Origin: Azolla caroliniana
Lineage: Eukaryota; Plantae; Polypodiophyta
Direction of reading: 5' to 3'
Assembly (NCBI GenBank): GCA_043228905.1
Contig: JBHGNT010000001.1
Location: 18,042,001-18,106,000, forward strand
Length of the DNA stretch: 64,000 bases
Below the pieces are notes generated by a model, which was given only the letters and a program-made list of their open reading frames with translations, searched no databases and had not been told where the DNA came from. Numbering within the stretch: position 1 is the first letter of the stretch; each line of letters begins with the position of its first letter. A program made the translations under genes and the position numbers. Positions 1 to 12,750 of this stretch are shown piece after piece.

Positions 1-2602
1 AAGGCCTCGACATCGGCTAATGTGAGATTACGCCGATCTACCCGCCAGAAGAATCCTGTTTTGCGGTTCAGATACAACGAGTACATGGCGCATCATTATG
101 CGTACATGACCCGTGTAACGTAAGTGCGTGAGCCGGAGAGCTACGCAGAAGCGGCTAAAGACGCGACTTGGCGTGCCGCGATGGAGGAAGAGATGCACGC
201 ATTGGCAGAGAACGAGACCTGGGACCTGGTTGACGCACCGAAGGGTGTGAAGCCGATCGGGTGTAGGTGGGTGTACAAGGTCAAGTACAACACCGATGGC
301 TCGGTCAACCGATACAAGGCTCGGCTAGTGGCAAAGGTCTACGCACAAAAACACGGCATCGACTACGATGAGACGTTTGCGCCGGTTGCGAAAATGACGA
401 CCGTCCGTGTTTTGCTCGCAGTAGCTGGGGTGAAGGGGTGGCACTTACATCAGATGGATGTAAAGAATGCGTTCCTGCAAGGTGACCTTGAGGAACATGT
501 GTACATGGTACAGCCCCCCGGTTTTCACTCTGGAACGAACTCCTCGGCAGTATGCCGACTGAAGAAGTCCCTTTACGGACTGAAGCAAGCCCCGCGTGCC
601 TGGAACGCGAAGATCACGCAACAACTGCGTCGGATGGGCTTCGTCACATCAAAATCGGACTCTTCCCTGTTCATCCGGAAAGGTCGACTCGGACCGGTTA
701 ATATTTTACTATATGTTGATGACTTGGTCATCACCGGCGCCGACCTCGGTGAAATCGACTGGGTGAAGCTCCAGCTAGCGGCATCGTTCGACATGAAGGA
801 TCTGGGGGACCTTCATTACTTCCTCGGGATCGAAGTGATCCGCACCCCCGAAGGCATACTAATCAGCCAACGTCATTACGTGCTGAATATGCTCTTCAAA
901 TTCGGGATGGCCGACTGTAAGTCCGTCTCGACTCCTCTGGACAGAACCGTCAAGCTTCGTCCCGATACGGGAAAGGTATGCGACCCGACGAGGTTTTGAC
1001 AAATTGTCGGAAGCCTCATATACTTGACCATCACCCGACCCGACCTCAGTTATCCGGTCGGAGTGATCAGTCAGTTCATGGCGCGACCTACCGAGGAGCA
1101 CCTTCAGTGTGCGCAACGCATACTTCGGTATGTCAACGACACTAAGGACCGGGGACTGCTATATCGGACCGGTGCAGCCGCGCAGTTAATCGGCTACACC
1201 GATGCTGATTGGGCTGGCAACGCCGCCGATTGCCGATCCACGTTCGGATACGCGTTCTCCCTCGGGAGTGCCGTGATCGCATGGAGCAGTAAGAAGCAGC
1301 CGACAGTTGCACTATCAAGCACCGAAGCTGAGTACCGAGAAGCGGCTGTCTCCGACATGCGAAGCCATATGGTTGAAGCAGCTACTTAGGGACCTGCAAG
1401 AGGAGGTGTCAGATCCGACGACGATCTATTGCGACAATCTCAACAGTATCCAGCTCGCGAAAAACCCCGTTTTCCATGCACAGACCAAGCACATTGAGGT
1501 GCACTACCATTTCGTCCGTGAGCGTGTCCTTTCCGGTGAAGTCGAACTTTAGTACGTTCCGACGGATCGACAGACTGCCGACATCTTCACCAAGCCTCTT
1601 GGTCTGGACAAGTTGCGGCAATTCTCAGGTGCACTCGGGTTCTCGACTTGCCAAACTTGAGGGGGAGAACAGTCCCGAACGACCAAGCAAGGCAACAGGA
1701 AAGGAGCGGAGACCGCGACATCACCGAGTCGGTTGACTCGATTGTCGAGTTCGACTTCGGATCGGCTGAAGAAGCCGAGGGCAGACCCGCGGAAAAGTCC
1801 GGAAGCGGACAGAAGGGGAGCAACCGAAGGAGAGAGCTGAAGCCAACCACGCATTGGGAAGATGACGCCATCGAGGGAGAGAAGACCGAAGACGAGTTGG
1901 AGACAGCCAACTCGGACGAGAGCGAAAACCGATCGGAGGTAGCCGAGTCGGTTCGGATGTTTGATTCAGATACGCTGAATCAACCAAGGCCCAAGCGGAA
2001 GAAAAGGTAGCAGGAGAAGCGTCAACACCGCAACAACAGAAGTGCTGATAAGGGCCACATGAGCAGACAAGCCGACCGGAAGTGTCGAAGCGCGCGGAGT
2101 CGAACAGGTCAAGGAGCGCGAGCGAGGCGTGAAGCCAAGAGGAACCGGAGCTGTGAGCCCGAGGATCCCGAAGAGCCTCGAGTTGACCTTGAGGGGGAGT
2201 GTTGAGAGACAAGCTCAACATCGACCGGATCGTTTGAAGAAGCCGAGGACCGGATCGGTTGGGACCGATCGGTTAGGCCGAGTGCGTAAACCGGGAGGCC
2301 GTTAGGAAAGATATTCCGTGAGGAATATATTTGGGAGTTAGTGTAGGAGCTCTTAAAGAGCATTGAAGTACGGTCAGTACTTCGGTCAGTCCTTCGAGGA
2401 CTTGTATAAAAGTGTTCATGGAACACACATATGTATAGAGTTGTGAATCGAGATGTTTTGTTGAATATAGTTCTTGTGTTTTCTCTCTCTCACTCTCTCT
2501 GTCTCTCCCGCGTATACTGCGTAAGCTCAAGCTCTCCATTAAACCTGAGTTTTCTTCCTTCTGTTCGGGCTTCATACTTGCTTCCGCACGTTACTTTTTA
2601 CA
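1..2602 (+). mobile_element. Ty1/copia LTR retrotransposon 'A' (3' part: RT, RNase H, C-terminal extension, PPT, 3' LTR); 5' part outside the window
   Basis: ORFs 124-999, 1024-1389 and 1307-1552 carry copia RT/RNase H motifs ([50 protein letters not shown]), broken by stops and frameshifts. PPT GAGGGGGAG at 2191-2199 is followed by an LTR. Confidence 0.96.
2200..2602 (+). repeat. 3' LTR of copia A (TG...CA)
   Basis: Begins TGTTGAGAGACAAGCTCAACA directly after the PPT and ends TTTTTACA. Homologous to LTRs at 40029-40446, 41392-41812 (reverse) and 46284-46709. Confidence 0.92.
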
Positions 2603-2867
2603 GTAAGTTTAGTAGGCTCATTTATGAGCAGTCAAGTACTATCAGTACTTGTGTCAGCCTGATTTAAGGGCATGTATAAGAAGTGCCCACTGATCACGAA
2701 ATATGTACAGAGTGTTATTATTTTGAAATAGAATAGAGTTGTCTGCTCTCTCTCAGTCTCTCCCTCTCCCTCTCCATCTTTGTGTTTTCTATGTTTTACT
2801 AAACTATCGTTCTCTGAACTGTATACTTTGTGTTTCGCATACGCTTTTGCCCACGCATTCTTTTACA
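2603..2867 (+). repeat. 3' half of a related older copia LTR into which element A inserted
   Basis: Shares the motifs AAGTAC..CAGTACTT.TGTCAG, TGTACAGAG..TTATTTTGAA and a CT-rich tract with the other copia LTRs. Ends CACGCATTCTTTTACA. Confidence 0.65.
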
Positions 2868-5236
2868 CTAGATTTTGCTTTTGGTTCGGTACCTTGTTGA
2901 AATCTAGTTACCGCTCGGTTAGGTTCTTCTATTCTTCTTTGTTCCGGCTGGGCGCTATTTATGCCTCTATCCGGCTCTCATTGGTACTCCTTTGACGGCT
3001 CCTGACGATCCTCTTCTCAAAAGTTCCATTTCTTAATAAAGTGTTTGTTGTTCTTGTAACCCTGCCGGTGCCGGTCTTCGTAGTCTTCTCGTTGGTCCTC
3101 CCTCTTTTGGTTGTAGCTTGGAGAGTAATCGCGACCATACCGGTCACCGTTATAATCTTGGTTCCTATCATACCAGTCCCGGTCATAAGCATCCCTTCTC
3201 TAGTCGTAATCTGGTGAGTAGTCCCATTCATATCGATCTCGATTGTAGCCTTCCCTGCGTCAGTCGTCACGATCGCGCCCATAGTCGTCGCATCTTCTAT
3301 CATTGTACCAATCCCCACGTTCTGGTCGGTATCGGTCCTCCCTTCGGATCCGTTTGTCGTCTGGCTCGTGACTACTACGTGGTTCAATGATCCGCACCGG
3401 GGCTGCTTGTCGGTTGAGCAGGTTGTACTCGCATCGGTCCGTTGTGTGTGCCCGTGAGTGGTAGATCATACACTGCATCCTCATTGTGCAGTCTACCATT
3501 GAATGGCCTGGGGTTAGACACGTTGTGCATTGCAACGCCTAGTGAAACTTGAGATCCTCCTTATTTGGAAGGGTCCTCTGTAGGGCTCCCATCATCATTA
3601 GGGAGCTATGTTTATCCATTTCCAACACTCGATCGATGGCCTGATCCATTGTGCTAGTTTGGAAATCTAGTACCCCGCACATTGTTCGGAGGGGTTACCG
3701 TAGAGCGGCCATAAACACCGCTTTCGCCTCCTCCTCCGAAGGTGCCCTTGTTAACTGGCTGTGTAGTGTTTGAAATCGGATGATAAATTGGGGCACTGTC
3801 TCCTGCTCCTCTTGGTGGGTTGTGTAAAACTATCTGACTAGTTCGCGTTGTTCCACTTGCCTATGGAATAGTCAGAGGAATTTTGTTTTCAAGGCCTCAA
3901 ATGTGGCAAAGCTTTTGGGTAGGTGCTTTGCGTGCCAACGGGCCACTGGTTCCTCTAATGTCATGCCAAATTCGGCAATTTTTCACCGTTCGGCTTCCGG
4001 TTCGGTCAGCCTTTGGGATACATGATTCGCTTACCATGTTTGTAGGAACGCATAGACGTGCGCCTCCGCGTCAGGGTCATCACGGTACTTCGGATATGGG
4101 TACGGCATGGTGTAGTCTTCGAGAGGTTGTACCGGAGATGTGTGGTTTAGTTCTTGCTCTACGGGTGGTGTTGGTGCGTGGTTTTCCGCTTCCTCCGCGG
4201 TTGGTGTTGGCGCACAGTTTTCCGCTGTCTCCGTGGGTGGTGTTGGGGCGCGGTTTTCCGCTTCCTCCGTGGGTGGTGTTGGCGTGCGGTTTTCTGCTAT
4301 CTCCGTGGGTAGTGTTTATGAGCAGTCTGATTCGTTGTCCTCCAGATCGTCCGGAGTATCGTGGCTGGTTTTGTAATTCGATTGAACACTTTGTTCACTA
4401 TCCGATTCCGACTCGAAGGCCGAGAATGCCTTCGAGTCACCGTTGCCTTTGGCAAGCGTCCACAATCGCGCTTCTACCTCTTGCAGGCTCGTCAGATTAC
4501 TGCCTTTGTCGGAAAGTTGTTGTTTTTGGAACTGAAGTGCTTCTTCCGCAACCCTCCGAAGCACTCTAGGAAAAGACCGATCCTGTCGGATCTCCTCAGC
4601 TGTTTGCTTGAAGGCTTCCCGCCTTTGCTGTCTTTCGGCAAGACTTCTTCCTCGTTCGGTGACTTGGTCATTAGTCGGTCGAGATATCCATCCCCCCGTG
4701 TTCTCTGCTCACTGCAGGAATCGTGCTTGCCAAAAACTGTGTTATCGCTTAGGCTGGACAAGCCCTAACATAGGGTGTCCCTAGGGAACATTTCACCAAA
4801 GGGTGGTACAGGGAGATATGGATACACCGTGGTATCGAATGAGTCTTAACCGGTTACGAACCGGCATTGTTAATGATCGTAACACACGCGTAAGATTAAT
4901 TAAGCACAGGACGGTAACCAAATAGATACTAAACACTATGTAAAATAGCAGCACTTGTAATAATTATCCGTCCTTGATTACATTCTTGCCGGGTCCTTTT
5001 ATAGGTCTCCGATTGAGTTACAAACCGGTGCCAACCGGCAACCGGCAATGATCCAGTCCAGATCCGAATTGGCATACCGATTCTGGGTCCGTCCGTCCGC
5101 TTCTCAAAATCACATAATACTCCGCTTCTCAAAATAACATAATTAAATCCTTATTAATTTCAACTCCTTATTCCTAATTAAACACCCCTTTCACATTCTG
5201 GACTCTAACCGACCCTTTGTCCTTGCCGCTTAAAAA
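2868..5236 (-). mobile_element. Ty3/gypsy element 5' portion: LTR (about 4740-5236) plus degenerate gag with two zinc knuckles
   Basis: The minus strand encodes a gag capsid-like segment (about 3600-3950, ...FEALKTKF..QETVPQFIIRFQTL..EAKAVFMAALR) and knuckles CTTCLTPGHSMVDC and CMIYHSRAHTTDRC (ORF 3260-3535). The LTR is homologous to the LTR at 33896-34314. Confidence 0.8.
4130..4310 (-). repeat. About five 36-bp tandem repeats encoding EEAENRAPTPP-like 12-aa units in gypsy gag
   Basis: The unit GGTGGTGTTGGCGCGCGGTTTTCCGCTTCCTCCGTG recurs with variation. Confidence 0.8.
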
Positions 5237-7908
5237 GGTCTAGTCTAATGATGTTACTTAATAGTGATGTTGACGATATTAACATCACTGTGCTATCTAA
5301 GGTAATTGGTGTTATTAGAAAAAGTGTGTACAATACATTGAACCGGATAGTTTCCTCGACTGAAGGAACTAGTCTGCTAAAGCTAACAACAAGATGTAAG
5401 CGAATGACACGCATAACATTAGAAATCAAGGATATAATCACAATATTTTGGACTAATGAGAGTAGGGTTTCACCCAATAAGAAGGATTTATGCAGGAAAC
5501 GTGTTGGAAGGAGTCAATACGAGGAGCATCTCATTCATCTTCTTGATGTACCTCAGGTATTTACATTTATCTCAACATTTGTTTTGACTTTTGAGCTTAG
5601 TTAGTTAGCTTATTAGCTACCTCAGAATATGACCATACCCGAATAGCTAATTACCTACCTCAGAATATGACTATAGCTAACTAGCTACCAATAATAGCTA
5701 ATTAGCTCCCTAAGAATATCAAAAATAGCTATTTAGCTACCAGAATAGCTAAATAGCTACCACAATAGCTAATTAGCTGCCTATAACAATAGCTAATTAG
5801 CTACCAGAGTAGTTAATTAGCTGCCTATAACAATAGCTTGGACTATAGCTAATTAGCTACCGGAATTGCTAATCCCCTATAGGAATAGCTATTGTACTAA
5901 ACTATGGTAGTAGCTAATTAGCTACTGTATAAACTATGGTAATAGCTAATTAGCTACCATTTAGCTAATTAGCTATTGTATTAAACTATGGTAGTAGCTA
6001 ATTAGCTACTCAACTAAAATATGGTAGTAGCTAATTAGCTACCACTTAGACAAAAGAACTATTGTACTAAACTATGGTAGTAGCTAATTAGCTACCACTT
6101 AGCTAATTTGCTACTGTACTAAACTATAGGAGTAGCTAATTAGCTACCATTTAGCTAATTAGCTATTGTATTAAACTATGGTAGTAGCTAATTAGCTACC
6201 ACTTAGCTAATTAGCTACTCAACTAAAGTATGGTAGTAGCTAATTAGCTACCACTTAGCTAATTACCTATTCAACTAAAGTATGATAGTAGCTAATTAGC
6301 TACCACTTAGCTAATTAGCTACTGTAATAAACTATGGTAATAGCTAATTTGCTACCACTTAGATGAGAACTACTATACTAAACTATGGTAGTAGCTAATT
6401 AGCTACCACTTAGATGAGAACTACTATACTAAACTATGGTAGTAGCTAATTATCTACCACTTAGCTAATTAGCTATTGTACAAAATTATGGTAGTAGCTA
6501 ATTAGCTACCACTTAGCCATAGAGCTAATCAATATGTCCATTTTATTACGCAGGTCGATTTATTTATTAGGTTCAGGCGAATGCATCTAAATATCAAAGT
6601 TCAACTATGAACATTCGAGTCTCTTAAGCCACACTTTGTGAGACGCTTGAAGGATCGATACACATGTTGTTGCATTTACCATGTGCAAATGGGTTTTCTC
6701 AAGGACTCTGTTAATCTACTACATCACCATAGCGCCTCCCTAACAAATGCAGTTTGCACTTGTGAGTGCCCAATTTGTCGATCGAGCCCGCATGAGCATT
6801 GTAAATCATCTGAGCATGTTATCTCTTTTATGAGTTGTCTTTTAGATTCAGTATTGTGTCTGAGAGAAACTGAGGCCATCTTCCACAGTAATAAATGTGT
6901 CATGGGTTTATGTCAAGATTTTGGCCCTAGTAGATTTAGGTGGTGTCCAAATGAATTGAGTGGTAAAATATTAATCTTTGTCATGTTATTTGAGTCAGTT
7001 GACACCAATTTTGAAGGAAAGGTGTGTAAAAGAAAGGAGCTAGTTAGGAAGCCGCTTAAACCAAGGGACTTGGTGTCTCTATTTGTAGTATCTCTAGGAA
7101 AGTTCATTAAACAAAACTTCATTTATTCATGGCAGATGGTGTGCAGATGAATTGTGCAGCACATGTCGTTGAATTTTTAAGAGCTAATATGTCAACGAGT
7201 GCAACTGGTGTTTATTCCTCGCAGGTCCGAGATATCAAACGTGAATTTTGGGAAGTGAAGATAGATAAAGTAAATAGGGAGAAGACCTGGGAGTGCCAAG
7301 GAATTCGCGAATTGCGATCTCTCCATGTTGTTTGCGGTTATTGTAGGTTGGATGGTTATTGTATTGCAGTTAGAGAATTAACATTTTTTTGCTTCCATTG
7401 TGTGCAAGGAAATTGGAGGTATTGTTTAAACAAAGCATATATTCAGAATTGGGAGTATCATACATTGGATGATAAGGAAGGAGTTGATGGAGAAACAGAA
7501 AAGAATGCTGACTTCACATATCAAGGACATGGAGATACTCTGAGTGATGTCTTAAATGTTGGGGATAATTTCGCTGTAAATGCAGAAGAAGGCAATTCAG
7601 AGGGTGTTGATTTCTATATATTGAAGTGCACGGTTAGTAAATAGTGTGCAATGCAGAATATATTAGATGCTTGGGGAAATGTTGTATCTACTGGGACATT
7701 CTACATCGAAGGTATTTTTTATGCAAGACTAGATGATTACGATTATGTGTATAGGCTATTAGAAGATAAACCAGTGGCATACATGTACTCTCATTTGGTC
7801 AGGTGCATCAATGTCCCAATCTCGCAATACAATAGCTGCTTAGGTTTATACACAGTTAGTGCTAATGTGTATGAATGTATTTACAACAGTATGCCATGGA
7901 ATTTGTAG
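5237..7908 (+). pseudogene. Spliced Sola2-like DNA transposase, catalytic core deleted; exons <5237-5556 and 6554-7908
   Basis: A GT-AG intron at 5557-6553 joins FWTNESRVSPNKKD...HLLDVPQ in frame to VDLFIRF...FESLKPHFVRRLKDRYTCCCIYH. These resemble the SR.SP.KKD and F..L(K/R)P...C.C.YH motifs of Sola2-type transposases. The C-terminal GIRELRSLH...RELTFFCFHC motif is present, but the DFxENY/HGK core is absent. Premature stops are present. Confidence 0.6.
5595..6520. repeat. Palindromic satellite (TAGCTAATTAGCTA core), array 1, inside the transposase intron
   Basis: Dozens of TAGCTAATTAGCTA palindromes are linked by recurring spacers such as CCACT and CTGTACTAAACTATGGTAG. Confidence 0.95.
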
Positions 7909-8295
7909 CTACAAGTAGCAATTACCAGTTTTCTTGTAAAACAAACAAAGCACATGTATTGCAAATAAATAGTTTAATGGACCTATTTGGGAGTTTTTTA
8001 TTTGATATACAGTCTACCTTTTTGTGCTTCTTTCTTAACAAAATCGTGTGTCATTTTTATATACAGTCTTCTTTCTGATATACAGTTTAATAATATCGTT
8101 TAGGTTTCTTCTTACTTAGATATAGATTTACTCAAGTGAACCATGTACAAGTTAAAATAGTTTGCATAATTTTACGAAAAAGCACTATCATGAAATCAAC
8201 AATCCTGAACATACTCTTAAATTTACACAGTAGATAAGTTACTCAAAACAAGCAATTTAATTCTTCACTGATTAAGTGGTAGCAAAATTACATAT

Positions 8296-10055
8296 TTATA
8301 ACATCCCATTGCCAATGTCTTCAAATCGCCTATAAACAACTAAGCTCTTGTTGGTCAATGGAACTTCTCTACATATATGATCTACATACCGAGCTCGGTA
8401 TGGAGTCCACAACCATGTAGCTAGTTGGCAGCCTAATGTTTTCACCAAATAGTGTTTAGGCATTTCATCGGGTAGAATGAGACAACATCTGCGAATGTTG
8501 AAGTAATATCGAAAATGTTATGTATCTAGAATCAACGTATTGTCGGCATTATAATCTAGCCAAGTGTCCCAAAAATCAGAAAGTCTTTTGAATCTTGCAA
8601 CAGCCTTCTGCTCACAATTCTCTCGTGTCCACTGACCCTTGAAATGTTGTCACCCCTTCGGGAAGAATCTTTCTACACACTTCCACACATTTGTACGTGG
8701 TTTTTCGCTCCAAATAAACAAATCAAAGTATTGCACAACCCACTCCAGAAATTGATTTGCGTCCCTCCTTGGTGTCATATATCGTACACTCATCAAGACT
8801 TTATGAACCTCCAAGATAAAGACTCTTCTTTCAACTTCTAATGGTTTAGGTTTCCATTCCTGTAACTGAGCCTCTATTACACCAATTACTGGTAGCACAC
8901 GATCAATTTCAATCAACTCAAGTTCTGTCGGCACAATTGGTGTCTTGTTCCTCTTCAAACCCCTGGTTGACTGTGTTGGGCCTAGCTTCACATTCTGATG
9001 CTCTTGTGTTGTTGACTTAGTCATTGGTTCGGTGCATGTAGATACTGATCTGGTCGATATCAGCCCACTGGTATCACATGCTACATCTACCTCCAAAATC
9101 AGATCATCTGTGCAACATGCTTGATCAACTTGCATGACCAGATCATTTGTGTCAATTGCTACATCTCTTTTCAAGATGTGGCGCTCTAAACATGCAACAA
9201 CATCAACAGTTTCCACACTGCCATTGGCCTTAGGAGCAATAGATTCAAACCCTTTAGACTTTGCAACATCAGAAAACACCAACATATTCACACTCACAAA
9301 GTAACTAACAGTCTCACAAAACAACATAATGAACATGAAATATTTTCCATCACAGAACAACATGAACATAATTATCTTGGAGAAACATCATAGAGTTCCA
9401 TTACATAATGGGCTTAGAGCAACAACCAATGTGAGGTTTTACTTGTCCAAATAGATCATGGTAAAACCTCATAAAACCCTAGGAAAATCGCTAACAATCA
9501 TATCCCACTAATAAGTATTTCGCTCCAATTCAAGAGCCCCTTGATCGAGTAACTGGTCTTGTCCCCGATCATGGCCCCTTCTTCAGCCTTTTTCTAGCCG
9601 GTTCCCCATATAGCCTTGCTTCTTTGACCCATTTCGCAAGTGTGTCCTCCTCTGACAACCTTTCCATCACCTCAGCAACGGCTTGCAGGTCAGCGGCATC
9701 TTGCACTTTTCCAGTACAGTGGGATCTGTTTGGACATTATTAGTAGTTAGGCTCAGTGGGGTGGAATCAAGGTTTTGGGATTCGAAAAAATACTGCATCA
9801 AGTGTTCAAAAACACTATTGTTGTGAACCTCAGATTTACATGTTGTTTCCAATATTTCATGGCTTTTCACATCGTTGCCTAATTCATTACCATCTTCCAA
9901 AAGAATAGGGTGGAGCTAATTTGAAGGAGATGTGATAGCAAGACTCTTACTTTCAGCCACGTTGGCAACTATCTCCTCATCGGTTGCAGCATCATCAACA
10001 CCAAACACCTCATTCGTCCTCCTTAATCCACAAGATTCTACAACAACATGGTCAC
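8296..10055 (-). pseudogene. 3' exons of the accessory gene, encoding a degenerate FCP1/NIF-like (HAD-fold) phosphatase domain
   Basis: ORF 8650-9369 gives RVFILEVHKVL..PRRDANQFLEWVVQYFDLFIWS. Past a stop and a frameshift it continues FKDFSDFWDTWLDYNADNTLILDT...FN to TAA at 8296-8298. The motif order matches FCP1-homology domains. Confidence 0.55.
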
Positions 10056-11505
10056 TAATTAGCCACATCTTAGCTAACTACCTATTCTTCTAGACTATGA
10101 CAGTAGCTAATTAGCCACCACTGAGCTAATTAGCTACTTCGCTTAGGTATGGTACTAGCAAATTAACTATTGCACTACAACCTGGTACTAGCTAATTAGC
10201 CACTATCACTAAAGTATGGTAGTAGCTAATTAGCTACCACTTAGCTAATTAGCTATTGTACTACACCATGGTAGTAGCTAATTAGCTACTGTACTAAACT
10301 ATGGTAGTAGCTAATTAACTATTGTACTAATCTATGGTAGTAGCTAATTAGCTACCACTAAGCTAATTAGATACTTAGCTAAAGTATGGTAGTCGCTAAT
10401 TAGCTACCACTTAGCTAATTAGCTAATGTACTAAAGTATGGTACTAGCAAATTAGCCACTATAACTAAAGTAGGATAGTAGCTAATTAGCTCCCACTATA
10501 ACTAAAGTATGGTAGTAGCTAATTAGCTATTGTACTAAAGTTTGTTACTACCAAATCATCCACTATAACTAAAGTATGGTAGTAGCTAATTAGCTACTAT
10601 ACTAAACTATGGTAGTACGTAATTAGCAAAGTGGTAGCTAATTTGCGACTCAGCTAATGTATGGTAGTAGCTAATTAGCTACCACTTAGCTAATTAGCTA
10701 CTGTACTAAACTAATTACCTACCAATTAACTAATTAGCTAATTAACTATGGTACTAGCTAATTAGCTAATTAGCTAAGTGGTAGGTAAGTAGTAGCTAAA
10801 CTATAGTAGTAGCTAATTATCTACCACTTAGCTAAATAGCTACTGTACTAAACTATTGTAGTAGCTAGTTAGCTACTGTATTAAACTATGGTAGTAGCTA
10901 ATTAGCTACCATTTAGCTAATAAGCTTCTACTTAGCTAATTAGCTACTCAGTTAGCATATGGTAGTAGCTAATTAGCTACTGTACTAAACTATGGTAGTA
11001 TCTAATTAGCTTCCACATAGTTAATTAGCTACTCAATTGAAGTATGGTAGTCGCTAATTAGCTACTACTTAGCTAATTAGCTAATTAGCTACTACGTAAC
11101 TAATTAGCTATTGTACTAAACTATGATAGTAGCTAATTAGCTACCATTTAGCTAATTAGCTACTGTATTAAACTATGGTAGTAGCTAATTAGCTACCACT
11201 TAGCTAATTTGCTACTCAACTAACGTATGGTAGTAGCTATTTAGCTACCACTTAGCTAATTAGCTATTGTCCTAAACTATGGTAGTAGCTAATTAGCTAC
11301 TCAGTTGAAGTATAGTAGTAGCTAATTTGAATTAGCTAAGTAGTAGCCAATTAGCTACTGTACTAAACTATGATAGTAGTTAATTATCTACCACTTAGAT
11401 AATTCGCTACTCAACTAAAGTATGATAGTAGCTAATTAGCTACCACTTAGCTAATTAACTACATGTTAGATAATTAGCTATTACAATATAAACATAATAG
11501 CTAAA
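10055..11505. repeat. Palindromic TAGCTAATTAGCTA satellite, array 2 (intron of the minus-strand gene)
   Basis: Same unit and same plus-strand orientation as array 1. Confidence 0.95.
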
Positions 11506-12750
11506 TAGTTTCCACACTTTATACAACTTACCTAATTAGCAAAGATGGAACAAATTAGCTATACTATGGTCACAATCAACAATTTTACCTGTGTGTTTTC
11601 TCCACTCATCTGGGAGAGTTGTACTGCAATCCCCCAAACAAAATGCAACAATGCGACAAGCATATTGAAAACAAACGATATGGTATGTGTGCTGGCATGG
11701 TTGTAGGTGAACCAACAGAGTAGCAGATTTGTCCTCTACACGTAATCCACAAGCGATGCAAAGTGCTTGAACAGTCAATATACCGTTTCCTGGTTCTCCT
11801 TCATTTGGTAAAGGAGCAAGAATGTTTAGGTCCAATTCTTGTCTGCTCCTTACTGAAAAGAGAGATGATGATAGAAAAGAGAGAGAAGGAAGATATAGAA
11901 ACCCAAATCTACAAAGATATATTAATAAGGAGTGATGATCATAGAAACAAGAGAAAGAAGATACATAAACTCAAGCCTACAAGGATCAATTGATCACTAG
12001 AAAAACACACTACATGAATAGGCAAGAAAAACACCACAAGAAAAAAAACTCCTCTCACCACCTCACTCTTCTTGCTTTATATGAAGTTCTCCTCTAGTAG
12101 ATAAGTTTCGCTTGCTTTCTTTTCCACGCTTTTTTTACAGCTTTTCCATCTCCTATTCTTAGCTATGATACAACGATCTTCTAATCGTCATATCTCCCTC
12201 GTAGAAGCTCTAAATTTAGAGCTTTAAAAACCTATGGATAGCTCTCTTCACAAACTTTCCAACCCATATTTACACATTATATTTGGCTTCCAAACGAATG
12301 AGTTATGAGCGTTCGTTTTAGACTGCATTTTGGTGCCCGCTTTTTTCTTCTTTTACTTTTCTCCACGTGACTTGCTTTTTGTTTGACTTATCCTCAAGAC
12401 CTTAGCTCGTGATCTTGCCTTCCGGATGTGAACGCACCATACCTTATATTCTTGTAGACTTCAATACCTTGAATTCTAAAAACACTTTCACATTTAGCCC
12501 TCCCCCTTGCTTTTTTGTGAACCATTTATGGTGAACCCTAAGCTACTAATAAAACTAAAGGTTCTCCTTCGCCTTATTCATGGCTATAGACAAAGAAGGA
12601 GAAAATAAATAGAAAAGAAACAAACTATGTGAGTAAAACCCCCGCTAGTCGATAGGAAAAACCTCACACTTCTAAACACACACACATACACATTGACAAT
12701 TGCCATCACCATCTTTCTCCTTGTCAACACAAAGAAAGAGGTTACAACAA

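Noticed and set aside
3883-4768. Plus-strand ORFs of 228 aa and 135 aa
   Set aside because: Antisense shadows of the repeat-containing gypsy gag on the minus strand.
11763-11993. Repeated small ORF KREMMIEKREKEDIETQ (also 14463-14660)
   Set aside because: It is just the duplicated LTR sequence read on the antisense strand.
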